Sequence record: OP745616
Reading direction: 5' to 3' (one strand)
Origin: Escherichia phage E20
DNA length: 64,000 bases
Below the pieces are notes generated by a model that searched no databases, was not told the origin of the DNA, and worked only from the letters and a program-made list of their open reading frames with translations. Position numbers and translations under genes: made by a program. Positions 26,624 through 35,898 of the stretch are shown piece after piece. Each line of letters begins with the position of its first letter. Position 1 is the stretch's first letter.

Positions 26624-27581
26624 TGTCTCATTGGCTCTGGCTGTATGGCTATTACATGACGAGTATGATTACGTAGACAATCCTAAGTACCTGTCTGCTA
26701 CCACATTGCTTAAACCTATTAAGCAAATCGTCATGAAGCATCGTGTAGATTTTAGTGACCAGTCCATTGATGTTATGGATTTCGTATCCACATCAATGGG
26801 TACTGGCTTACATGACTCTATAGAGAAAGCCTGGAAGCTGGGCCATAAGACTGCATTGAAGAAGCTAGGTTATCCTCAGCGAGTAATTGATGCAGTAGTC
26901 ATTAACCCAACCAAAGCAGACTTTGCTGCTAATCCTGACCTTATCCCAATCTACATTGAACAACGTGGAACCAAACAGGTTAAGGGATGGACTATTGGTG
27001 GTAAGTTCGACATCGTAACGGAAGGTCTGCTGCAAGACTTCAAGTCTACCTCAACCTATTCCTGGGTTGCTGGTTCCCGTGATGATGAACACAAGATGCA
27101 AGGCAGCTTGTATCGTTGGATTCACAACGACATCATTACTGAGGATGTAATTCGTATTAACTACATCTTCACCGACTTCATGAAACACATGGCTAACAGC
27201 AATCCGAACTATCCTGCTAATCGCATTATGCATAAGGATATTCCATTGCTATCTGTCGAGAAGACTGAGCGTTGGGTAGAGGAGAAGATTCACTTAATTG
27301 AAAAGTACTGGGATGCACCTGAAGAGGAAATCCCTGAATGTACTGACGAGGAGTTGTGGCGAACAGAGCCACAGTTCAAATACTTCTCTGATGCTTCTAA
27401 GGTAGATGTACCTGGAGCCAGAAGTACCAAAAACTTTGACGATATGGCATCTGCCCGTATCTTCATGGCTGAAAAAGGTGGCAAGGGTGCTATCAAGGTC
27501 GTGGAGGGACAGGTTAAAAGATGTCTTTACTGTCCTGTCGCATCTATTTGCAAACAAAGAGAGAGATATTTTCCATCATGA
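26601..27581 (+). CDS. PD-(D/E)xK nuclease with C-terminal Cys cluster (Cas4/RecB-like exonuclease), 326 aa
   Basis: FDIV ... QDFK (D/ExK) core and C-terminal CLYCPVASIC (CxxCx5C) typical of Fe-S Cas4/RecB-family nucleases. Confidence 0.5.
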   Translation: MKITNNHDVSLALAVWLLHDEYDYVDNPKYLSATTLLKPIKQIVMKHRVDFSDQSIDVMDFVSTSMGTGLHDSIEKAWKLGHKTALKKLGYPQRVIDAVVINPTKADFAANPDLIPIYIEQRGTKQVKGWTIGGKFDIVTEGLLQDFKSTSTYSWVAGSRDDEHKMQGSLYRWIHNDIITEDVIRINYIFTDFMKHMANSNPNYPANRIMHKDIPLLSVEKTERWVEEKIHLIEKYWDAPEEEIPECTDEELWRTEPQFKYFSDASKVDVPGARSTKNFDDMASARIFMAEKGGKGAIKVVEGQVKRCLYCPVASICKQRERYFPS

Positions 27582-29731
27582 GTATTGACCTTACCGGAGT
27601 AGTGCACCATCCAGCGATTGAAGAAATCGTAGATGTGCTCTGCAATAAAACCCAGAATAACGACCGGGGATTCTTCCGTGTCGAAGTAGCCTACTTCTTG
27701 GCTAAAATGGCATCCTGCATGGGTGCAACCATCGTAACTAAAGACCGTGGTGACCTGCCGGTAAACATCTACGCTATGGCGTTGGCTACATCTGGTTTCG
27801 GTAAAGGTCACTCGGTAAATATCATTGAAGACGGGTTCATGACTGGCTTCCGTAAACGTTTTATGGAAGACACCATGCCCGTCATTGCAAATGACCGTTT
27901 ATGGAAGATTGCTAACGAACGTGCTGCTCGTCAGGGTACGGACCAGAATGATGAGTTTGATAAAGTCGAAGCAGAGTATAAACGTGCTGGGGCATTCCCA
28001 TTCACATTCGACTCTGGTACAGCACCTGCTGTAAAACAACTTCGTCACAAACTACTTATGGCTGGTTGTGGTGCTATTAACCTACAGATTGATGAGATTG
28101 GTTCCAACCTCATTGCCAACGTTGAAGTACTTAACCTGTTCCTTGAGTTGTATGACCAGGGGAAAGTAAAACAGAAGTTAACCAAGAACACTGCTGAAAG
28201 TATTCGTGGTGAAGAACTGGATGGTAAGACTCCTGCTAACCTGCTGCTGTTCGGTACTCCGAGTAAGCTGCTGGATGGTGGGCAGACTGAAGACCAGTTC
28301 TATGACTTCCTCGATACAGGGTATGCACGTCGTTGTCTGTTTGCGATTGGACACTTAGACAAGCGAGCACATGCAACGCTGACCCCGGAAGAAATCTACC
28401 GTAACCTGATTAAGCAGGATAACGTTCAATCTCTTGGTAAGTGGGCTAACCACTTCCATAGTCTGGCTGACCCAAACCTGTTTGGCTTTAAGATGATTGT
28501 GGAAGATGCAGTGGGTATTGCTTTAATTACTTACAAAATTGATTGTGAGAAAAAAGCAGAAGCTATGGCTGACCACGAAGAAATTCGTAAGGCTGAAATC
28601 TCTCACCGTTACTTTAAGGCTCTTAAGCTGGCAGGTGCACTGGCGTTTGTTGACCAGAGTTCATTCATTGAGATGTCTCACCTTAAACAAGCAATCCTGC
28701 TCGTAGAAGAATCCGGGGCAGCATTCCAGGGTATTCTCAATCGCGAGAAAGCCTATGTGAAGCTGGCTAAGTACATTGCCTCCGTAGGTAAGGAAGTGAC
28801 ACATGCTGACTTGCTGGAGTCATTACCGTTCTATAAGAGTGGTAATGCAGCTCGCAATGAGATGATGACTCTTGCTACAGCATGGGGTTACAAACAGCAC
28901 ATCATTATTAAGAAAACCTTCAATGAAGGTATTGAGTTCTTTCGTGGTGAGACTCTGAAAGAGACTGACACCAATGAGATGATAGTGGCATATAGTGATA
29001 GCTTTGCTTATGACTATGTTGGTGAACGTGTACCGTTTGACCAGCTACATGTATTAACCCAAGCTCCCGGTATGCACTGGGTGAACCATCACATGAAGAA
29101 TGGGCATCGTTCTGAAGAGAACGTTATTCCAGGATTTAACATGATTGTTATTGATTGTGATGGCGGAGTACCTCTGCATACGTGCCATGAACTGATGAAG
29201 GAATATAAGTTCATGACCTATACCACTAAGCGTCATACCGACGAAGAGAACCGCTTCCGTCTGATTATTCCAATGAACTATGAGTTACACCTCGACACTG
29301 AGGAATACAAAGAGTTCATGAATAACGTTATGGCTTGGCTACCATTTGAAACGGATGAGTCTGCTAACCAACGAGCCAAGAAGTGGATGTCCTGTGAGAC
29401 TGGTTCCTATCATTACAACCTTGATGCAAATCTGTTGGATGTACGTGACTTTATTCCTCGTACCAGTAAGAACGAGCAGTTCCAGAACCAGATGAAGGAA
29501 GTTCAGTCGTTAGACAATCTGGAGCGTTGGTTCGCTGGTCGTATTGCCTCCGGTAATCGTAATAATCAAATGATTAAGTACGCACTGGCATTAGTAGACA
29601 GTGGTTGGGACTTTGCTCAAGTACAGCAAGCCGTCTACTCATTCAATAAGAAACTGGCTAATCCATTACCAGATGATGAATTGAATTCAACCGTAATGGT
29701 CACCGTGGCTAAACGCTTCGCTGGCAAGTAA
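27578..29731 (+). CDS. Replication protein, putative primase-like (N4 gp43-like), 717 aa
   Basis: Large replication-module protein; IVIDCDGG acidic motif; ATGA overlap with upstream gene (ORF track 27521 is an in-frame extension). Confidence 0.4.
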   Translation: MSIDLTGVVHHPAIEEIVDVLCNKTQNNDRGFFRVEVAYFLAKMASCMGATIVTKDRGDLPVNIYAMALATSGFGKGHSVNIIEDGFMTGFRKRFMEDTMPVIANDRLWKIANERAARQGTDQNDEFDKVEAEYKRAGAFPFTFDSGTAPAVKQLRHKLLMAGCGAINLQIDEIGSNLIANVEVLNLFLELYDQGKVKQKLTKNTAESIRGEELDGKTPANLLLFGTPSKLLDGGQTEDQFYDFLDTGYARRCLFAIGHLDKRAHATLTPEEIYRNLIKQDNVQSLGKWANHFHSLADPNLFGFKMIVEDAVGIALITYKIDCEKKAEAMADHEEIRKAEISHRYFKALKLAGALAFVDQSSFIEMSHLKQAILLVEESGAAFQGILNREKAYVKLAKYIASVGKEVTHADLLESLPFYKSGNAARNEMMTLATAWGYKQHIIIKKTFNEGIEFFRGETLKETDTNEMIVAYSDSFAYDYVGERVPFDQLHVLTQAPGMHWVNHHMKNGHRSEENVIPGFNMIVIDCDGGVPLHTCHELMKEYKFMTYTTKRHTDEENRFRLIIPMNYELHLDTEEYKEFMNNVMAWLPFETDESANQRAKKWMSCETGSYHYNLDANLLDVRDFIPRTSKNEQFQNQMKEVQSLDNLERWFAGRIASGNRNNQMIKYALALVDSGWDFAQVQQAVYSFNKKLANPLPDDELNSTVMVTVAKRFAGK

Positions 29732-29787
29732 GCAAACAGGAGTCTTTCTTTGGTTTGAAGGACTCCTAAACTAAACGAGGAAAAATA

Positions 29788-30540
29788 ATGTCCGAAGAAA
29801 TCTCCAACGATATGAACACTCAGCTAATCCTGATTGCAGGATTCTCAGCAAGTGGTAAATCAGCATCGCTGCGTAATATCCGGAACCAGGAACGCTGGCT
29901 GTATCTGAATACAGAAGCAGGCAAGCGTCTACCTTTTCGTAATAAATTCAACACCTACAACATTGAAGACCCATATCAGATTTGGGAAGCATTTGATGTT
30001 GCATCTCCAGGTGGTGAAATGGCAGATGATGTTGATGGTATCATCATCGACTCTGCTACCTTCATGATGGACATGTTGGAATCCCAGTATGTATTGCCAT
30101 CTGCTAATACTCAGAAAGCCTGGGGAGACTTTGCACAGTTCTTTAAAATACTGCTGCAACAGAAAGTCGTTAAGTTTGGTAAGCCAGTAATTATTACTGC
30201 ACATGCCAAAGATGAACTCGACGAAGCTGCTGGTGTGATGAAAACATTCATCCCAGTTAAAGGCTCCCTGAAGAACAATGGCCTTGAGGCTTACTTCTCT
30301 ACAGTGGTTTACGCAGAACGTGTAGACATTAAGGAACTGGAGAAGTACGGCAACAAGATGCTTGATATTACGGAAGAAGAACGTGACTTAGGCTATAAGC
30401 ACGTATTCCAGACACGTCCAACCAAGAAGTCTGTTGGTAAACGACTTCGCTCACCGATGGGTATGTTTGATAAGTCGCAGACTTACATTGATAATGATGC
30501 CCAAAAACTCTTAGACCATCTGGCTGAATACTACGCTTAA
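29788..30540 (+). CDS. P-loop NTPase, possibly RecA/Sak4-like recombination ATPase, 250 aa
   Basis: Walker A GFSASGKS and Walker B-like IIIDSA. Confidence 0.45.
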   Translation: MSEEISNDMNTQLILIAGFSASGKSASLRNIRNQERWLYLNTEAGKRLPFRNKFNTYNIEDPYQIWEAFDVASPGGEMADDVDGIIIDSATFMMDMLESQYVLPSANTQKAWGDFAQFFKILLQQKVVKFGKPVIITAHAKDELDEAAGVMKTFIPVKGSLKNNGLEAYFSTVVYAERVDIKELEKYGNKMLDITEEERDLGYKHVFQTRPTKKSVGKRLRSPMGMFDKSQTYIDNDAQKLLDHLAEYYA

Positions 30541-30580
30541 GCGTTTGCCTGGTTGTTAATCACTTATTAGGAAAAATATT

Positions 30581-31384
30581 ATGTCACTGTTCGGTAACTT
30601 GAAAGAAAAAACCAAAAACGTTGAAGCTGCAAAAGACACTCTTGGTGGTGGTGGCTTCGGTGCTAAAGAATCTGATATCTACACTGGTACTGTAAAAGTA
30701 GCTTACGTAGGTAAAGCTGATTCTGGTGCAGACTGGATGCAGTTAATCATCGAAAACCTGAAAGGTTCTGACGGCAATGATGCTGGTGAGTTCCGTGCTC
30801 AGGTGTACTTTACTTCCGGTAATGCTAAAGGCAATAAGCCGACTTACGAGAAGAATGGTAAAGAATACTTCCTGCCTGGCTACACTGTCATTAATGACAT
30901 GATGCTGATGGCTACTGGTTGTGAACTGCCAGATGCAGACTTCGAAGAGAAGATTGTTAAAGTCTATGACTTCGACCTGAAAGCTGAAACCAATAAGTCT
31001 GTCATGGTTCCAGTTGACCTGGTTGGGCAGACTGTTACCTTCGCTCTGGAAAAGGTTCTGGAAGCTAAGCAGGTTAAAGGTGACAACGGTTACGTTGACT
31101 CCGGAGAAACTCGTGAAGTAAACGAGATTCAGAAAGTATTTCACCCGGAATTGCTGGTCACAGTCGTCGAGGCTCAGGAAGCAGAGAAGGCTGAGAAAGA
31201 ACTGACCCCAGAACTGGCTGTATTCTATGCAGCATGGCTGGAAAAGAACAAAGGTAAAACCCGTGATAAGACCAAGGGTTCTGCTGGTGGTAATGGTAAA
31301 GGTGGCTTACCTCCTAAACCAGGTGCAGGTGCTGGCACAGGTACTACTCCTGCTGGTGGTAAATCTCTGTTCGGTAAGCGTTAA
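30581..31384 (+). CDS. Putative single-stranded DNA-binding protein (N4 gp45-like), 267 aa
   Basis: Size and position as N4 SSB; Gly-rich flexible C-terminal tail; no OB-fold motif verified. Confidence 0.45.
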   Translation: MSLFGNLKEKTKNVEAAKDTLGGGGFGAKESDIYTGTVKVAYVGKADSGADWMQLIIENLKGSDGNDAGEFRAQVYFTSGNAKGNKPTYEKNGKEYFLPGYTVINDMMLMATGCELPDADFEEKIVKVYDFDLKAETNKSVMVPVDLVGQTVTFALEKVLEAKQVKGDNGYVDSGETREVNEIQKVFHPELLVTVVEAQEAEKAEKELTPELAVFYAAWLEKNKGKTRDKTKGSAGGNGKGGLPPKPGAGAGTGTTPAGGKSLFGKR

Positions 31385-31938
31385 TGAAAATCCCAATTGT
31401 CGGTGCAGACATTAGTCTCCGCAATTGGGGATTAGCTCGTGGGATGCTGGACATTGAGTCCGGCGTCTTCGAGCAGGTCGAACTTAAACTGGTTCAAACT
31501 GAAGTTGACCACAACAAACAAGTTCGAACCAACTCCAAAGATATACAAGCTGCCCATGATTTGTTTCTTGGTTGTGAGGAATGGTTACGGTCTGCTAAAG
31601 CAGTATTCGTAGAAGTACCAGTAGGCTCTCAGTCTGCTAATGGTATGAAGTCCTATGGTGTATGCGTAGGACTAATCGGTGCATTCCGTGCATTGGGTTG
31701 CCCAATCTTTGAAGTATCCCCAATTGAAAACAAACTTGCACTGGTCGGTGATAAAACTGCATCCAAAGACACGATGATCCGTGCTGCTCATGCCATCTAT
31801 CCTGAAGCCAACTGGCTCACGGATAAGAAAGGTAAACTTCTGAATAAGAATGAGCACTTAGCCGATGCAATCGGTGCAATCCACGCTGGGGTAAATCTAC
31901 CAGCTTTCCAGAATCTCATTAAATTAATAAAGGCATAA
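31384..31938 (+). CDS. RuvC-like Holliday junction resolvase, 184 aa
   Basis: N-terminal IVGADISLRNWGLA and C-terminal EHLADAIGAIHAG resemble RuvC catalytic motifs. Confidence 0.6.
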   Translation: MKIPIVGADISLRNWGLARGMLDIESGVFEQVELKLVQTEVDHNKQVRTNSKDIQAAHDLFLGCEEWLRSAKAVFVEVPVGSQSANGMKSYGVCVGLIGAFRALGCPIFEVSPIENKLALVGDKTASKDTMIRAAHAIYPEANWLTDKKGKLLNKNEHLADAIGAIHAGVNLPAFQNLIKLIKA

Positions 31939-31939
31939 T

Positions 31940-32389
31940 ATGCAAATCGTTCTGAACCAGTCTGAAGTAGAAGCTGCTATTGAAGCTTATGTAAATGAAC
32001 AAGTTAATCTTGCCGGGGACATTAATATCCTGGTGAATGCAGATGGTACTGCCACTATTGGTATCAATGAAGAGGTCGGTCATAGTGATGACACTCCCCC
32101 CGTGGTAGAGAAGAAGACTCGCCGTCCTCGTAAGAACCCACAAGAAGCCAAACACCGTCCGGTAGAACCAGAACCGGTTGTTGAGGATGAAGCCGAAGAA
32201 GAGGTAAAGGAAGAAGAAATCCAGACCTCTACTGGTGGAGCGAACGAGAGTTCTACGCCGGAACCTGAAGAAACAGTAGCTGAACCAGAAGCACAAGAAG
32301 AAGTTGTGCAGGAGGAAGTTAAGGCTGAAGAACCAGCAGAGAAACCTGCTGCGAAGCCTTCACTGTTCGCTGGCCTGAAACGTAGTTAA
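31940..32389 (+). CDS. Highly acidic Glu/Pro-rich low-complexity protein, 149 aa
   Basis: EPEPVVEDEAEEEVKEEEIQ and EPEETVAEPEAQEEVVQEEVKAEEPAEKP. Confidence 0.5.
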   Translation: MQIVLNQSEVEAAIEAYVNEQVNLAGDINILVNADGTATIGINEEVGHSDDTPPVVEKKTRRPRKNPQEAKHRPVEPEPVVEDEAEEEVKEEEIQTSTGGANESSTPEPEETVAEPEAQEEVVQEEVKAEEPAEKPAAKPSLFAGLKRS

Positions 32390-33394
32390 TCTGGTAGGTG
32401 GCTCAGAAGCTGCTGCTAGGTGTGGTAGTGTTTATAGTCCTGATGCTACTACTGGTCAGGATTATAGACGTGTCGGCTCCATACATAGCTTTTATCATCA
32501 CTGTCATTATCCTGTGGAAATGCAGTGGTAAACACGGTGGTGACAAGCCGCCAGAATAACAACAACCGAACCAGTGGATTGGAATACTCTCCCCAGTCCA
32601 TTGGTTCAATCGGGGTTACTATGAACAAATTTACTATTCACTGGCTCAATGGAAAGGTTAGTTCTTTCATGGGTGGAGAACCTGCTGAAGGAAGCATTGA
32701 AAAAGAGTAGTTAATATCGTGAAGGGTTCTGTTAGAATCTTTTGAGATAGGAACTCCTATCATAACCTTTCTTAACTTAATCTTTGCCGTATGGCACTGA
32801 CGCTAGGGGTGGCCCCCCATCCGTCAGACAGACTATTTTAAGAATGGGTTATCTCAGAAAATGTAAAGCAACATTCGGGTTAATCAATGGCCTCTCCTAT
32901 AGGGGCCATTTCTGAATCTTAGGCTATATCCCAAAGGTTAGTATCTTTGGGATAAGGCTTCAGATCCCTTATCAAACTAACCGCTCATGTTGAGCATATT
33001 AATTAACCCAGCCCACTAAGGGGGCGGGAGTTTAATGCCGGTAAGCATAAGCCTATCCGACTACAACATCGAACTGTTAGGTCTTACATGCAACATAGGG
33101 TATAAAGGGAGGATTCGTCCCCTCCCTCCTATTATGAACTACCGGAGAGTGCATTAGTTGATTAGCTGTGGAAGGTAGGCCGATGTCCACAAGCGTGGCC
33201 CAGAGCTAGTGTACTCCCCGATAGTTTTCGTAGCGATTATGCGGTTTTTTAGAAACGAACCAATAACATAAATGCAAACGAAGAAGCGTATCTGATGGTC
33301 GCCTAACAGCGTAACCTCAGTCAGGAGTGAGTCGTCCTGATTATCAAACGACCATGGAGTTCTCCCGTCCATGTATTAGAAACGGGGGGCCAAT

Positions 33395-33518
33395 TACCAG
33401 TTGCACGAGATGGCTTGACATGCTCAAGTTTGGACTAAGTGTGACACCGCTAGATTGGAGGGCTGCTGCGGTAAGCTATAGACTCCAACCGGAGGTTCGA
33501 ATCCTTCACTGGTAACCA
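33395..33518 (+). ncRNA. tRNA-like 3' domain (T-arm GGAGG-TTCGAAT-CCTTC, acceptor 3' strand, encoded ACCA); 5' boundary unresolved
   Basis: Canonical T-arm at 33491-33507 followed by ACTGGTA-A-CCA; only perfect acceptor complement TACCAGT is 120 nt upstream at 33395-33401. Confidence 0.25.
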
Positions 33519-33522
33519 ATCA

Positions 33523-33630
33523 GAAGTAGCACTGCATAGAACGCGAAAAGGTTCAGCGACGTTAGCCATACGGTATTGTAAGGTTCGAGTCCTTACCTAT
33601 GAGCAGTGACGACTGCAACAGTGCTACTTC
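33523..33630 (+). ncRNA. Structured element: 12-nt inverted repeat GAAGTAGCACTG/CAGTGCTACTTC enclosing a T-arm-like hairpin (TAAGG-TTCGAGT-CCTTA)
   Basis: Inverted repeat at 33523-33534 and 33619-33630; T-arm-like at 33579-33595; no acceptor stem could be paired. Confidence 0.25.
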
Positions 33631-33646
33631 TAATTGGAATAAATAT

Positions 33647-33724
33647 TGTGGGTGAGCATACGGTTATGCTACAGGCTTCCACACCTGTATGTGAAGTGAG
33701 GTTCAACTCCTCCGCCTGCAACCA
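33647..33724 (+). tRNA. tRNA-like gene with encoded CCA; anticodon loop non-canonical by hand fold (8-nt loop CTTCCACA)
   Basis: Acceptor TGTGGGT/GCCTGCA (7 bp, 3 G-U), D-arm GCAT..ATGC, anticodon stem ACAGG/CCTGT, T-arm TGAGG-TTCAACT-CCTCC, ACCA 3' end. Confidence 0.4.
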
Positions 33725-34291
33725 AACAATGGGGGTAAGTCGTAAATACGACGGCGTAAGTACCAGATGAAACCTCTGGACGCCCCTACCATATTTGAGA
33801 TGTAACAGTTAAATCCGTACCCGGAAGTGCTATTCTAGATACGCTGCCAATGTGGAGACGGTAAGGCTGTACAGGACTCGGACTCCCATCTCAAACCAAA
33901 GTCGCCAGGTACTTATGGCAAACGGGTAGTAACGAACTAGTCATTCGTCAAACGCCCACCTAATTATGAGTCAGCAAGAACGCCTTCACTTAAACTTAAA
34001 CAAAAAAGCTTAACGCAATAATTATGTAGGGGTATGTAAGGATTGCGAAGAAGGAGCCAGTTAGAGCCTGGCATGACTCACCTAATATGAGCACGTCTAA
34101 TCATCCTGGTTAAGCAGTAGCTAATTACTTATTGCTGTAAAATGAACTACTTAATATAGTTCTTCAGATACAGAGTAACTTGGTTGGATGGGGTAGGTAT
34201 CCTGCCCCTGCTCATTCTATTATAGGTAGCTCGTACTAGTTACGAGGCAGTCAATCTGTGGCAGTGTAAGGCTGCCCTACCCTTTCATTAA

Positions 34292-34364
34292 TACCCGGTA
34301 GGCTTAGTGGCAAAGCCCCACTAGTAAACTAACTAGGACGCAGGTTCGAATCCTGCCCGGGTAA
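34292..34364 (+). tRNA. tRNA-like gene; canonical acceptor, D and T arms, but anticodon loop folds as 6 nt
   Basis: Perfect 7-bp acceptor TACCCGG/CCGGGTA, D-arm GGCT-TAGTGGCAA-AGCC, T-arm GCAGG-TTCGAAT-CCTGC; anticodon stem CTAGT/ACTAG with loop AAACTA. Confidence 0.45.
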
Positions 34365-34373
34365 TCATACTAT

Positions 34374-34447
34374 GTCCACTTAGCTTAGACTGGGAAAGCA
34401 ACCGACTAATAATCGGAAGGTCACTGGTTCAAATCCAGTAGTGGACA
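34374..34447 (+). tRNA. tRNA, anticodon AAT by hand fold (would read Ile codons if A34 modified); needs tRNAscan confirmation
   Basis: Perfect 7-bp acceptor GTCCACT/AGTGGAC, D-arm GCTT-AGACTGGGA-AAGC, anticodon arm ACCGA-CTAATAA-TCGGA (C32 U33 ... A37 A38), T-arm ACTGG-TTCAAAT-CCAGT. Confidence 0.55.
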
Positions 34448-34683
34448 CCCATTCAGCAGTAACATAGTCCTGATTGCATAGCACTCTAAAGACAACACTG
34501 GTAAGACAGTCCAGTGGCTGCTAATGTATTGTTATTCCCCTCGACGGGAATTTCGCTAGTGAAGGTAACACTTAAAAATCCAAACCTACGTCTTACTACT
34601 ATCGGGCTATCAACCCACGGTCGCTTAACCCACTAGTGGTAGTAGTTTGACGGCCTGCCTCGTTGACTGCGTTAAAGTCACTA

Positions 34684-34720
34684 AGTCCCCTGGAGCCGTC
34701 ACTCTGGGGGACTTTTTTAT
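34684..34720 (+). terminator. Rho-independent terminator closing the tRNA-like region
   Basis: GTCCCC ... GGGGGAC stem then TTTTTTATTT. Confidence 0.6.
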
Positions 34721-34877
34721 TTGAGAACTACTTATTGGACGATTCATATGATTGACCTAATCTTAACCCCGTATGCCTATGAGGTAACGGATAACCGAGG
34801 ACGTAAGTCTTTGGTGTTTGCAGGTAGCGTAGCCTATAACAACGCAGTCATGTTTAAATACAAACTCAAACCACTCT

Positions 34878-35270
34878 ATGAGGCTAATAATGGCAACAGT
34901 AAGTAAAGAATCAATCGAAGCTAAGATTAAGAGCGTCTACTATTTCAATGGTGCTGATGCAGTAAAGTCTGCCTTCGTTAACCCTTCTGCACTTCCGGCA
35001 GATGATTTGACTAACCTGGGCCTAGTAACATACTGTATTATCATTCTGGAAAATGACTTCAAAGTTGAAGGTGTATCTGCCTGTGTTGACCCAGCTATCT
35101 ATGATGAGCAGAAAGGCCGTCAGTATGCATATGAGAATGCATTCAATAAGATTTGGGAATTGGAGGGTTACCTCCTACGTCAGGCACTGCATGAGAAAGA
35201 GGAGACTGCTAAGGCTCTGGCTTCCTTTGCAGAAAACAACACCTGTGATGGTGGTGGTTGCACCATTTAA
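34878..35270 (+). CDS. Hypothetical protein (130 aa)
   Basis: ORF after tRNA-region terminator. Confidence 0.45.
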   Translation: MRLIMATVSKESIEAKIKSVYYFNGADAVKSAFVNPSALPADDLTNLGLVTYCIIILENDFKVEGVSACVDPAIYDEQKGRQYAYENAFNKIWELEGYLLRQALHEKEETAKALASFAENNTCDGGGCTI

Positions 35271-35388
35271 CAAACAGGTATATGGTAGTTTTTACCGAAA
35301 GGTACTGAACTACCCGACATGTGGTAAGGCTCATGAAGCCAAAACAAAACAAGCCCTCCTAGTGAGGGCTTTATCATTTGAGGTAGTT

Positions 35389-35889
35389 ATGTCAGAAGAA
35401 ATTAAAGTTCACTTCACCAACTACATTGGAACCAAGTGTGTAAATGGTTTCAAGATGAACAAGGAAACATATTGCAAACTTCGTGGATGGGATGTGCCTG
35501 CTAATGAGGACCCGTTAGAAGTAGGTTACTTAGTAGAATACCCGGATTCTAAACCTAACCATGAGCAATTCCGTGGTTATATTAGCTGGTCACCAAGGGC
35601 TGCATTTGAAGCTGCATATTGTGATGTAGACAAAGGCTGCACGTTTGGTCATGCCGTAGAGCTTCTTAAAACAGGCTTCAAACTAGCCCGTAAAGGCTGG
35701 AACGGTAAGGGAATGTACATTGAGTATGTTGCCGCTGAAGAATGGAACAGCAGTAGCCTAGAGCGTCCAGGATTTGCCGATGAACTGAAGCCTCGACCGT
35801 GGATTGGTATCAAAACTGCTGATGACCAGTTTATGCCTTGGGTTCCTTCTCAATCGGATGTATTAGCCGAAGATTGGATAATTCTGTAG
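35389..35889 (+). CDS. DUF2829-like phage protein (KGWNGKG motif), 166 aa
   Basis: LARKGWNGKGMYIEY motif; ATG 35389 follows a hairpin at 35351-35372 (ORF track 35053 is an extension overlapping the upstream gene). Confidence 0.45.
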   Translation: MSEEIKVHFTNYIGTKCVNGFKMNKETYCKLRGWDVPANEDPLEVGYLVEYPDSKPNHEQFRGYISWSPRAAFEAAYCDVDKGCTFGHAVELLKTGFKLARKGWNGKGMYIEYVAAEEWNSSSLERPGFADELKPRPWIGIKTADDQFMPWVPSQSDVLAEDWIIL

Positions 35890-35898
35890 GAAACTATT

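Noticed and set aside
33154-33515. Two small ORFs (72 and 62 aa) inside the tRNA-like region
   Set aside because: They overlap tRNA-like structures and lack RBS; the region is better explained as non-coding RNA.
33697-33724. tmRNA 3' end (T-arm UUCAACU plus ACCA resembles bacterial ssrA terminus)
   Set aside because: A compatible acceptor partner lies only about 75 nt upstream, and no tag-reading frame or distant 5' partner was found; more consistent with a tRNA-sized element.
32700-34720. CRISPR array or other direct-repeat array in the ORF-free region
   Set aside because: No regularly spaced direct repeats were seen; the structure is hairpins and tRNA-like elements.
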